The notes under the pieces were generated by a model. It searched no databases. It was not told the DNA's origin and saw nothing but the letters and a program-made list of their open reading frames with translations. 64,000 nucleotides of DNA from Fibrobacteria bacterium (GTDB taxonomy: Bacteria > Fibrobacterota > Fibrobacteria > UBA5070), in contig DATNIW010000025.1 in NCBI GenBank assembly GCA_035604215.1, positions 14,824-78,823 on the forward strand. The letters are read 5' to 3'. The position numbers and the translations under genes were made by a program. Below, one piece after another: positions 10,207 through 18,480 of this stretch (positions are counted from its first letter, which is position 1; every line of letters starts with the position of its first letter).

Positions 10207-11226
10207 ATGAACGTCAAGGAAGCCATTGCCAAGGTCGTCGAAGGCGGCGACCTGGACCGGACCCAGGCCTCGCAGGTCGCCGGATGCGTCATGCGCGGCG
10301 AGGCGACGGCGGCGCAGATCGGCGGACTCCTGGTGGCGATGCGCATGAAGGGCGAGACCGTGGAGGAGATCGCGGGGTTCGTCACCGCCATGCGCGAGAA
10401 CGCGGTCCGCTGCCCGGTGACGATCCCCGTCATCGACATCGTGGGCACCGGGGGAGACAAGTCGGGAACCTTCAACATCTCGACCACCACCGCCTTCGTC
10501 GTGGCCGGAGCCGGAGCGCACGTCGCCAAGCACGGGAACAGGGGCGTTTCCTCGAAGTCGGGAGCAGCGGACGTGCTCTCAGAGCTCGGGGTGGATCTGG
10601 ACCTGTCGGCCGAACAGGTCGCCGACTGCGTGGAACGCGCGGGAGTGGGGTTCCTCTTCGCGCAGGCGTTCCACCCCGCCATGCGGCATGTGGGACCCGT
10701 CCGCGGCGAACTGGGCGTGCGGACGATCTTCAACCTCCTGGGACCGCTCACGAATCCCGCGGGCACCAAGAGGCTGGTCGTCGGGGTCTTCCACAGGCGG
10801 TGGTGCAGGCCGCTGGCCGAAGCGCTCTCGCTCCTGGGGACCGAAAGCACCTGGGTGGTCCACGGGTCCGACGGGCTCGACGAGATCACCACCACGGGCC
10901 CCACCCATGTGGCCGCCTGGGACGGGGAGCGGGTGACGGAATTCGACATCCTCCCCGAGGACGGCGGGCTTCCCTTCTCCGCGCCATCCGACCTGAAGGG
11001 CGGCGACGCCCGCGAGAACGCCGGGATCCTGCGTTCCATCCTTTCCGGCGAACGGGGTCCCAAGCGGGACATCGTGGTCCTGAACGCCGCCGCCGCGCTG
11101 GTGGTCGGTGGACGGGCGCCGGATCTGGCGGCCGGCGCGCGCCTGGCGGAAACCTCGATCGATTCCGGCAAGGCGCTCCTCGCCCTGGAAACCCTGGTCG
11201 CGACCTCCCGGGCCTTCCGCACGTGA
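10207..11226 (+). CDS. trpD: Anthranilate phosphoribosyltransferase
   Basis: 339 aa. '[49 protein letters not shown]' is the TrpD glycine-rich PRPP-binding signature. Confidence 0.88.
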   Translation: [339 protein letters not shown]

Positions 11227-12017
11227 GCGGCATCCTGCAGCGGATCGCGGCGGTGAAGCTGGCGCAGGTCCACGCCCGCAAGCGGGACCTCCCCGAGGAG
11301 GAACTGGAGAAGATGGCCCTGCTCACCCCGCTCTCGGGGCACGTGATGCGCGAGAACCTTCGTCGCGCACCGGGACAACCCATCCGGGTCCTTTCCGAAT
11401 GCAAGAAGGCATCCCCTTCCAAGGGAGTGATGATCGAAGACTACGATCCACTCCGGCTGGCCCGAAAATACCTGGCCGGGGGAGCGGCGGGCATCTCCGT
11501 CCTCACCGAAACGGAATTCTTCCTGGGCGACGACGCCCACCTTCGCGCGGTGACCGGATCCATCCCCCTCCCGGTCCTGCGGAAGGACTTCACCCTGGAG
11601 CGCTACCAGATCCTGGAAGCGAGATGCCTGGGAGCTTCCGCCGTCCTCTTGATCGCGGCGCTGCTGGACGACGCGCGGCTGTCCGATCTGGTGGCCGCCG
11701 CCACGGACATCGGTCTGGATTCCATCGTGGAGGTCCACTCCTGGACCGAGCTGGAGCCGGCCCTTCGCGCCGCACCGTCCATCCTGGGCATCAACAACCG
11801 GGACTTGGACACATTCGAGGTGTCCTTGGACACCACCTTCGAACTCATGGGCGACGTTCCCGAGGGCACCGTCGTGGTCGCGGAGAGCGGGATTTCCCGT
11901 CGGGACCAGTGCGAGCTGCTGGAGGAAGCGGGAGTGGACGCCATTCTGGTCGGCGAGGGGTTGGGGACCTCGGCGGACCCCGAAGCCAAGATCCGGGAGC
12001 TCCGAGGACTGTCCTGA
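11223..12017 (+). CDS. trpC: Indole-3-glycerol phosphate synthase
   Basis: GTG 11223 overlaps the trpD stop (GTGA). 'ECKKASPSKG...LRKDF...' and TIM-barrel IGPS motifs. No fused PRAI (TrpF) domain. Confidence 0.8.
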   Translation: MSGILQRIAAVKLAQVHARKRDLPEEELEKMALLTPLSGHVMRENLRRAPGQPIRVLSECKKASPSKGVMIEDYDPLRLARKYLAGGAAGISVLTETEFFLGDDAHLRAVTGSIPLPVLRKDFTLERYQILEARCLGASAVLLIAALLDDARLSDLVAAATDIGLDSIVEVHSWTELEPALRAAPSILGINNRDLDTFEVSLDTTFELMGDVPEGTVVVAESGISRRDQCELLEEAGVDAILVGEGLGTSADPEAKIRELRGLS

Positions 12018-12877
12018 TGCTCCGAGCCCTGGCCATCCTCGCGGCCATGGGGACGGGAGTTCTGCTGCCCGGCTTGTCGGCGCGGTCCGGATGGATCGGA
12101 TGGATCCTGTCCGCGATGCTGTTCCTGGGGTTCTCGGGAATGCCCGTGGGCCGGTTGCGCCCGGAGAAGGCCCATCTGAGGCTTCTCCTGGCGTGGCCCT
12201 TGTTCATGGCGCTGGGATGGACCGTCCTCTGGCCCTTCGGTCGCGACGCGCGTCTGGCCGGCCTCCTGGTCGGCGCCACCCCGACCGCCACCGCGGCGCC
12301 CGTGATCACGGGGCTGCTGGGCGGCGACGTCGGATTCGTCTCGGTCTCGCTCCTGGGGTCCAACCTGATTTCCGCCTTCCTCCTGCCTCCCCTCCTCTCC
12401 CTCGCCGGAGGAGGACGGATCCCGTCAACGTCGTCGTTCCTGGCGCGGACCCTGGCGCTCGTGCTCGTCCCCCTGGCGCTCGCCGCGATCGTCCGCAGGT
12501 TTCCCGGGACGGCGGGACCTCTGGCTCGATTGCGCGGCCTTTCCTTCCCCCTGTGGCTCGCCGCTCTCGTGCTCGCCGGAGCCAAGACCTCTGAATTCCT
12601 GCGCGCCCATCCGACCGGGATCCGATCCGTCCTCGCCATCACGGTCGGCACCGCCCTGCTCTGCGCCGTCCACTTCCTGGCCGGCCGCGCGCTGGGCGGG
12701 AAGGAACGCGCCCTGGAGGCCGGGCAGAGCCTGGGCCAGAAGAACACGATGCTCACGCTCTGGCTCGGCCTCTCCGCGTTCGGACCGGTTCCCGCGCTGG
12801 GGCCGGCGTTCTACGTGCTCTGGCACAACGTCTGGAACGCCTTCCAGATGGCCAGGAGGGGAATCAGGCGGAGTTGA
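12017..12877 (+). CDS. BASS/AEC-like (BART superfamily) membrane transporter, about 10 TM
   Basis: 286 aa, highly hydrophobic with repeated G/A/L-rich helices ('LLGSNLISAFLLPPLLSLAGGG', 'GQKNTMLTLWLGLSAFG'). Topology and length fit the bile-acid:Na+ symporter / auxin-efflux-carrier fold. ATG overlaps the trpC stop (TGATG). Confidence 0.5.
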   Translation: MLRALAILAAMGTGVLLPGLSARSGWIGWILSAMLFLGFSGMPVGRLRPEKAHLRLLLAWPLFMALGWTVLWPFGRDARLAGLLVGATPTATAAPVITGLLGGDVGFVSVSLLGSNLISAFLLPPLLSLAGGGRIPSTSSFLARTLALVLVPLALAAIVRRFPGTAGPLARLRGLSFPLWLAALVLAGAKTSEFLRAHPTGIRSVLAITVGTALLCAVHFLAGRALGGKERALEAGQSLGQKNTMLTLWLGLSAFGPVPALGPAFYVLWHNVWNAFQMARRGIRRS

Positions 12878-13727
12878 CGAACGCCCTGGCGCCTTCGATG
12901 CGCAGCGGAATTTCCAGCAGGATCTGTCGCAAATGGTCGTCGTGGTGCAGCCCCATCGACTGCCACGCCTTGGTCGCCGGACGGGGCATCACCGTCCGCG
13001 AAAGGGAGGAGGCGCCCATGGCGATGCAGAGGATGTTGGCGCAATGGATCGCGGAAGCCAGGGGAGCGGCGGCCCCGGCCCTTTCCGGTTGGGGACGCCA
13101 CCGCAGGCTGTCGCGGAGGGCTGAGGGGAACTTCCATCGTTCGGCCAGGACCGCGGCGAGCTCGCAGTCCTCGAAGCCCAGGACGCGGGTCTCCACCTCC
13201 TCGAGCTGGATCCCGTGGCCTTCCGAGGCCTGGATGCACGCGGTGAGCAGCTTCGGCTCCGATATCCAGAGCAGGACCTTCCCGATGTCGTGCAGGAGTC
13301 CCGCGACGAAGGCTTCGTCCGGATCCGCGCACCCGGAACGCTCGGCGAGCAGCCGCGATACCCCCGCGACCGCGGCGGAATGGATCCAGAGCTGCTCCAT
13401 CCGGAAGTGTTCCCCCGATTCCGTCCCCTTGAACGCCTCCATCACCGAGGTGGAGAGGACCAGGTTCTTGATGGCGTTGAATCCCAGGATCACGATGCCC
13501 TGGTTGATGGTGTGGATCTTGCCGGAGTACCCGTAGAACGGGCTGTTCACCAGCTTGAGCACCTTGCTGGAGATCGCCTGGTCCTGCTGGATCACCTGGG
13601 CGAGTTCGTCCGAGGACGTCTTCGGATCCGACATGCGCCGGGAAAGCTCGATGAGCACGCCAGGCAAGGTGGGGATGCTCTTCACGTGGCCCGAGATGGC
13701 CTCGAGGGTGGGAATTTCAACCGGCAT
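12864..13727 (-). CDS. HDOD domain protein
   Basis: 287 aa. 'LPTLPGVLIELSRRMSDPKTSSDELAQVIQQDQAISSKVLKLVNSPFYG...LLHDIGKVLL' is the HDOD (HD-related output domain) signature. The Met at 13727 is chosen because HDOD proteins begin at this helix. It overlaps the upstream mini-ORF by 11 nt. Confidence 0.7.
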   Translation of the reverse strand: MPVEIPTLEAISGHVKSIPTLPGVLIELSRRMSDPKTSSDELAQVIQQDQAISSKVLKLVNSPFYGYSGKIHTINQGIVILGFNAIKNLVLSTSVMEAFKGTESGEHFRMEQLWIHSAAVAGVSRLLAERSGCADPDEAFVAGLLHDIGKVLLWISEPKLLTACIQASEGHGIQLEEVETRVLGFEDCELAAVLAERWKFPSALRDSLRWRPQPERAGAAAPLASAIHCANILCIAMGASSLSRTVMPRPATKAWQSMGLHHDDHLRQILLEIPLRIEGARAFVNSA

Positions 13728-14055
13728 CGGAGGTTTCCAGGACCATCCTGCGCAACTGCTCCAGTTCCGGGGTTTCTCCCGTTTCCCCGAACAGTTCCAG
13801 GATCTCGGTCCTCCGGGCGACGACACGAGCGTCCCTGGCCTCTTCCGACTCCTCCACGGCGATGGACACCGCGGGGATGCCGCGTTGGAGCAGCTGGGCG
13901 ATCTGGCCGTCGCCGAGCAGGACCCCGGCGGGCACGAGGACCTGGCCCTTGGCATCCCGGATCGTGTCGCGCACCGCCATACCCGGTCGGAGCGATTTGG
14001 TCGAATACATCATCGCACCGGGATGATACCACATCTTCTCCCTGGATTTGTACAT
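13717..14055 (-). CDS. Small protein resembling the DUF3391 N-terminal module of HD-GYP proteins
   Basis: 112 aa from ATG 14055 with a near-perfect RBS (ACAAGGAGGGGCA-ATG). 'KSLRPGMAVRDTIRDAKGQVLVPAGVLLGDGQIAQLLQRGIPAVSIAV' matches the 'L+PGM.l..dv....G..Ll.kGt.Lt...I..L...gi..v.V' pattern of DUF3391. The family assignment is from memory of the motif only. Confidence 0.4.
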   Translation of the reverse strand: MYKSREKMWYHPGAMMYSTKSLRPGMAVRDTIRDAKGQVLVPAGVLLGDGQIAQLLQRGIPAVSIAVEESEEARDARVVARRTEILELFGETGETPELEQLRRMVLETSDAG

Positions 14056-14191
14056 TGCCCCTCCTTGTGTTTCCGGCCTGTCGGCGATCGGAACCCGGTC
14101 GCCGGCTTTTTCCCGGGGGCGGTGCGAATTGGGCCGATCCGCGCCGGATCCGATCCTTGGACCCGCTCTCTCCCTTCCGAGGAGAACCGTC

Positions 14192-15652
14192 ATGAGCATC
14201 ACTGAAGCCCTCACCTTCGACGACGTCCTGCTGGTCCCGGCCTACAGCGAGGTCCTGCCCGCAAACACGTCGGTGGCCACCGAGCTCTTCCCGGGCTTCG
14301 CGCTCAACATCCCCCTGCTGAGTTCTCCCATGGACACCGTGACCACCTCGGAGCTCGCGATCGCGTTGGCTTGCCAAGGAGGACTTGGAGTGATCCACAA
14401 GAACCTGTCGAGCGACGCCCAGGCGGCGGAAGTGGCCCGGGTCAAGCGGTGGCAGTCCGGCGTCGTCGACCATCCCGTCACCCTCTCCCCGGACGACCCC
14501 GTCGAGAAGGCCTTGGCGATCATGGCCCTGCGGAAGATCTCCGGCTTCCCGGTCACGGACGCCCAGGGCCGGTTGGTGGGCATCCTCACGAACCGGGATC
14601 TGAGACTTTCCAAGAAGCTCGGCGCCAAGGTCAAGGAACTGATGACCGCCGAGAACCTGGTCACGGCCACCCCCGGTGTCACCCTCGAGAAGGCTCGCGA
14701 ACTCCTCCACTCGCATCGCATCGAAAAGCTTCCGCTGGTGGATCGCAAGGGTCTCCTCAAGGGACTCATCACCTTCACCGACATCAACAAGCGGGTGGAC
14801 TTCCCCCAGTCGCTGCTGGACGACAAGGGACGTCTCCGGGTGGGAGCGGCCGTCGGAGTGGGACCCGATTCCCTGGAACGCGCCGAGGCCCTGGCCGCGT
14901 CCGGCGTCGATCTCCTCACGGTGGACACCGCGCACGGCGATTCCAAGGGCGTGATCGACATGGTCAAGACGTTGAAGAACAGGTGGCCGTCCATCGCGGT
15001 GGTGGCCGGGAACATCGTGACCCCGGAAGCCGTGACGGCCCTGGCCAAGGCAGGCGCCGACGTCGTGAAGGTGGGGATCGGTCCCGGTTCCATCTGCACC
15101 ACCCGGGTGGTGGCCGGAGTCGGGTATCCGCAGCTTTCGGCGATCCTCGAATGCGCTCCCGCGGCCCGGAAGGCCGGGGTGGGCTTGATCGCGGACGGGG
15201 GGATCAAGTACAGCGGCGACATGGCCAAGGCGCTCGCCGCCGGCGCCTGCGCCGTGATGCTGGGGTCGCTGTTCGCGGGCACGGACGAGAGCCCGGGCGA
15301 GGTGGTCCTCCTGGAAGGGAGATCCTACAAGGCCTACCGCGGGATGGGGTCGCTGGGTGCCATGCAGCAGGGCTCCAAGGACCGGTACTTCCAATCCGAG
15401 ATCACCGACGCCAGGAAGTTCGTCCCCGAGGGGATCGAAGGACAGATTCCGTATCGGGGTCCGGTCAAGGACACCGTCTACCAGCTCGTCGGCGGCCTGC
15501 GCACCACGCTCCACTATTGCGGTGCGACGTCCATCGGCGAACTGCAGCGGAAGGCGCGCTTCGTCCGGATCACCGGAGCGGGGTTGCGCGAAAGCCATCC
15601 CCACGACGTCCTGATCACCAAGGAAGCTCCGAACTACCATCCCGGCGTGTGA
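14192..15652 (+). CDS. guaB: Inosine-5'-monophosphate dehydrogenase
   Basis: 486 aa. N-terminal 'LTFDDVLLVPAYS', tandem CBS insert, catalytic 'IGPGSICTTRVVAGVGYPQ' loop with the active-site Cys, and 'GMGSLGAM'. GGAGAA RBS. Confidence 0.93.
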   Translation: MSITEALTFDDVLLVPAYSEVLPANTSVATELFPGFALNIPLLSSPMDTVTTSELAIALACQGGLGVIHKNLSSDAQAAEVARVKRWQSGVVDHPVTLSPDDPVEKALAIMALRKISGFPVTDAQGRLVGILTNRDLRLSKKLGAKVKELMTAENLVTATPGVTLEKARELLHSHRIEKLPLVDRKGLLKGLITFTDINKRVDFPQSLLDDKGRLRVGAAVGVGPDSLERAEALAASGVDLLTVDTAHGDSKGVIDMVKTLKNRWPSIAVVAGNIVTPEAVTALAKAGADVVKVGIGPGSICTTRVVAGVGYPQLSAILECAPAARKAGVGLIADGGIKYSGDMAKALAAGACAVMLGSLFAGTDESPGEVVLLEGRSYKAYRGMGSLGAMQQGSKDRYFQSEITDARKFVPEGIEGQIPYRGPVKDTVYQLVGGLRTTLHYCGATSIGELQRKARFVRITGAGLRESHPHDVLITKEAPNYHPGV

Positions 15653-16464
15653 GGCGGACCGTGGATCCCCACTGGGTGCCGCCGTGGATCGCACCTCTCC
15701 CCGACCGTGCGGTCGCGGGAGGCCGGACCGTCTTCCTTTCCGACCTCCACCTGGGGACCGGCCCGGACGACGACCTCCGGCGGGCGGATCTCCTCGAGCT
15801 TCTCGGGACCCTGCCCGGCAGGATCGACGATCTGGTCCTGGCCGGGGACATCTTCGAGTTCTGGTGGGAATGGGGGTACGCCGTCCCGTCGCGTTTCTTC
15901 GACGTGCTGATCGGGATCCGGGACGTCTCCCGCGCCGGGGTGCGGGTGCGGTTCGTCGCGGGCAACCACGACTTCGCGATGGGATCCGCCCTCGCGGGCT
16001 TCTGCCAGGCGATCGTCGAACCAGACGGAATCTGTCTAGACATCGGCGGAAATCGCTGGCTCCTGGTCCACGGAGACGCGACCGCTCCATCCGAGCGGCT
16101 CGACCGGGTCGTGCGCCGCGTGATGCGCTCCCGTTGGGCCCAGGCCGCGTGGAATCTCCTGCCCGCGGACATGTCCTTCCGGGCGGCGCTCGGGGTGGGC
16201 AAGGTTTCGCGCCGGCTGGAGCCCGGGCCCGCTCCGTCCACGGCGGAGATGGAACCCATGGCACGGGCGTGGATGCGCAGGTACGGGCTGGCCGGCGTGG
16301 TCCACGGGCACACCCACAGGGCGCTCGCGACCATCGGGCCGGAGGGCGCGTACGTCAACAATGGAGATTGGGTGGTGAACAGGAGCGCGGCATGGATCAC
16401 GGTCACCGGCGCCACCCTGGTCGATTGCTCGCGGGAGGGCCATCCATGGGAATCGAGCGGCTGA
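15649..16464 (+). CDS. lpxH: UDP-2,3-diacylglucosamine diphosphatase (LpxH family calcineurin-like phosphoesterase)
   Basis: 'VFLSDLHLG', 'LAGDIFEFWWEWG', 'AGNHDF', 'LLVHGDATAP', 'VVHGHTHRAL' parallel the LpxH metallophosphoesterase motif order. The start is uncertain (in-frame GTGs at 15649, 15661 and 15673, no ATG). The first GTG overlaps the guaB stop. Confidence 0.7.
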   Translation: MRRTVDPHWVPPWIAPLPDRAVAGGRTVFLSDLHLGTGPDDDLRRADLLELLGTLPGRIDDLVLAGDIFEFWWEWGYAVPSRFFDVLIGIRDVSRAGVRVRFVAGNHDFAMGSALAGFCQAIVEPDGICLDIGGNRWLLVHGDATAPSERLDRVVRRVMRSRWAQAAWNLLPADMSFRAALGVGKVSRRLEPGPAPSTAEMEPMARAWMRRYGLAGVVHGHTHRALATIGPEGAYVNNGDWVVNRSAAWITVTGATLVDCSREGHPWESSG

Positions 16465-17084
16465 GTTTCCCCTCCGGGGACCTTGCCACCAACAGCGCGC
16501 TCTTCTGGTGCTCCCGGACACGGGAGGGGATCCTGGTGGACCCCGGCGGCGAGCCGGAGGAAATCCTCGACCTGGCCCTGCGCCAGGGCGTCGCCATCCA
16601 GACCATCCTGCTCACGCACGCCCACGTGGACAATCTCGCCGCGGTTCCGTTGCTTCGGGACGAAACCTCCTGCGGGGTGGCCTTGCACCGGGCGGACTGG
16701 CCGCTGTGGGAATCCATGGCGGAGCAATGCGCGGAACTGGGAATGCCGGTTCCCGATCTCCCCGAACTGGACGAGGATTTCAGCGATGGAGAGGTCGTGG
16801 ACTTCGGTCACGAGCATCTGGAAGTGCTTCACCTGCCGGGGCACACGCCGGGCCACTGCGGCTTCGCCTTCCCTTCCCTGGGCCTGTGCCTGGTCGGAGA
16901 CGCCTGCTTCGCGGTCGCGGCGGGTCGGACGGACCTCTGGCTGGGCAACGAATCGGACCAGGAACGCACCCTCGATCGCCTGGAGCGACTGCCCTCGGAC
17001 TGGGAACTGATCCCCGGTCACGGGCCCGGGTTTTCCTCCGGCTGCATCGCCAAGGCCCGGCAAAGGCGCAGTACCAACATCTGA
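16446..17084 (+). CDS. MBL-fold metallo-hydrolase (glyoxalase II-like)
   Basis: 212 aa. The 'LLTHAHVDNLA' HxHxDH motif plus downstream His/Asp ligands ('LPGHTPGHCGF', 'IPGHGPG'). Its start overlaps the lpxH 3' end by 19 nt. Confidence 0.8.
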   Translation: MGIERLSFPSGDLATNSALFWCSRTREGILVDPGGEPEEILDLALRQGVAIQTILLTHAHVDNLAAVPLLRDETSCGVALHRADWPLWESMAEQCAELGMPVPDLPELDEDFSDGEVVDFGHEHLEVLHLPGHTPGHCGFAFPSLGLCLVGDACFAVAAGRTDLWLGNESDQERTLDRLERLPSDWELIPGHGPGFSSGCIAKARQRRSTNI

Positions 17085-17095
17085 CGGGATCTTGT

Positions 17096-17122
17096 GGCCC
17101 CGAGAGGGCCTCCCGGGAGGGC
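17096..17122. terminator. Candidate bidirectional hairpin terminator between convergent genes
   Basis: GGCCC-CGAGA-GGGCC stem-loop followed by an overlapping GGCCTCCCGGGAGGGCC near-palindrome. It lies in the 40-nt gap between the MBL hydrolase stop (17084) and the mtgA stop (17125). Confidence 0.35.
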
Positions 17123-17124
17123 CA

Positions 17125-18093
17125 TCATCGGTGTTGAGCGGTGTCTCCCACGGCCGGGGGCTTCGAGACCGCGGCACTGTCGGGAACCGGCGTGACATGG
17201 ACCGGATGACGCGACGAATCGACCGATGCTTCGGCGGGCTCGACCTGGCTCGAGTCCTCGTCCTCCTCGTCGTCCCGATCCGCGACGGCGGTGTCGCCGA
17301 TCCCCTTGAACAGCCGAAGATTCTGCAGGATCGCCGCCTTGCGGAAGGCGACGAACCGGTTGTTTCCGTTGGGACGGACCTTCAGTGGTTTGGGGAGGAC
17401 GGCCGCCAGACTCGCCGCCTGGTCCAATGTCAGCTCCGAGGCGTGGACTCCGTAGTAGGCTTCCGATGCGGCCTCGGCCCCGTAGATGCCCTTGCCCCAC
17501 TCGATCACGTTCAGATAGAGTTCCAGGATCCGCTCCTTGCCCAGGAAGTGTTCCAGCGCGACCGTGTAGAGCGCTTCGACCGCCTTTCTCGAGAGGGATT
17601 TCCGGGGACTGAGATAGAGGTTCTTGGCCAACTGCTGGGTGATGGTGGATGCTCCCCTCTTCATTTTCCCGTCGTGTTCGTCCTCGGCCAGCGCATTCTG
17701 GATGGCATCGAAATCGAAGCCGTGGTGCTGGTAGAATTTGTCGTCTTCACCCACCAAGACGGTCTTCTGGAGGTTCTCGGAGATTCGCGAGAGGGGGACC
17801 GGCGTCCATTTCGTCTCCACGTGGATTCCGGAATCCGCCCACTCTTCCTCGCGGAGCCGCATGAGAGCCGTCTTCTCGGGCCACCGGGTGCGCAGGCCCG
17901 CCACGGAATCGTAGAGTTTCCAGGCCTTCCAGCCGGCCAAGCCCAGGAGGATGCTGCCGACCAGGGAGAACGCCACGGCGTAGGCCAGGAAGAGCGCTCG
18001 GACGATGCGCAAGAAGAGGAGCATCGCGGCGAACAGCCTTCCCAGCGCGGTCTCCTTCCGAGGCGGTGGAAACGGAGACGTTGCGTTTGCCAT
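17125..18093 (-). CDS. mtgA: Monofunctional biosynthetic peptidoglycan transglycosylase (GT51)
   Basis: 322 aa. N-terminal TM anchor, then 'GASTITQQLAKNLYLS...ILELYLNVIEWGKGIYGAEAASEAYYG...QAASLAAVLPKP' GT51 motifs. Asp/Glu-rich C-terminal tail. Confidence 0.85.
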   Translation of the reverse strand: MANATSPFPPPRKETALGRLFAAMLLFLRIVRALFLAYAVAFSLVGSILLGLAGWKAWKLYDSVAGLRTRWPEKTALMRLREEEWADSGIHVETKWTPVPLSRISENLQKTVLVGEDDKFYQHHGFDFDAIQNALAEDEHDGKMKRGASTITQQLAKNLYLSPRKSLSRKAVEALYTVALEHFLGKERILELYLNVIEWGKGIYGAEAASEAYYGVHASELTLDQAASLAAVLPKPLKVRPNGNNRFVAFRKAAILQNLRLFKGIGDTAVADRDDEEDEDSSQVEPAEASVDSSRHPVHVTPVPDSAAVSKPPAVGDTAQHR

Positions 18094-18209
18094 GGACGGA
18101 GAAAGATACGTCGGGCAGAGAGGGGCGGGGAACGGCGTGGTTCAAGACAAGGTCGGATGTCGCGCCAGCGGACGAGCAGAAAGGGAAGCCGGGAAAGCCG
18201 TGCGGTTAG

Positions 18210-18215
18210 TATAAT
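18210..18215 (+). promoter_or_regulatory. Candidate -10 hexamer (TATAAT) upstream of rpoZ
   Basis: A perfect TATAAT in an otherwise GC-rich divergent intergenic region, 16 nt upstream of ATG 18231 and 52 nt upstream of the alternative GTG start at 18267. Confidence 0.3.
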
Positions 18216-18230
18216 TCTCCTCCTCCACCG

Positions 18231-18476
18231 ATGGTGGAACAGGTATCGATATCGAAAGGCCCAGACGTGATTTCCGACAAGCTCCATTACGATCCGGACG
18301 AAGTCTACCAGAAGAACATGTCGCCCTTCGAATCGGTCGTGATCGCCGCCCAGGAGGCGCGATTCATCAACGAGCAGGCACGCCTCGGCTTCCTCGACCT
18401 CAAGGGGGTCAAGCCGACCACGGTCGCCCTGGACCGCCTGCGCGAGGGAAAAGTCAAGGTTTCCGTCGAGGAGTGA
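18231..18476 (+). CDS. rpoZ: DNA-directed RNA polymerase subunit omega
   Basis: 81 aa. '...NMSPFESVVIAAQEARFINEQ...' corresponds to the conserved RpoZ 'N+FeLV..aA+RAR.l' helix. The alternative start GTG 18267 has a better RBS (GAAAGG at -8) than ATG 18231, which follows CTCCTCC. Confidence 0.65.
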   Translation: MVEQVSISKGPDVISDKLHYDPDEVYQKNMSPFESVVIAAQEARFINEQARLGFLDLKGVKPTTVALDRLREGKVKVSVEE

Positions 18477-18480
18477 TCCG

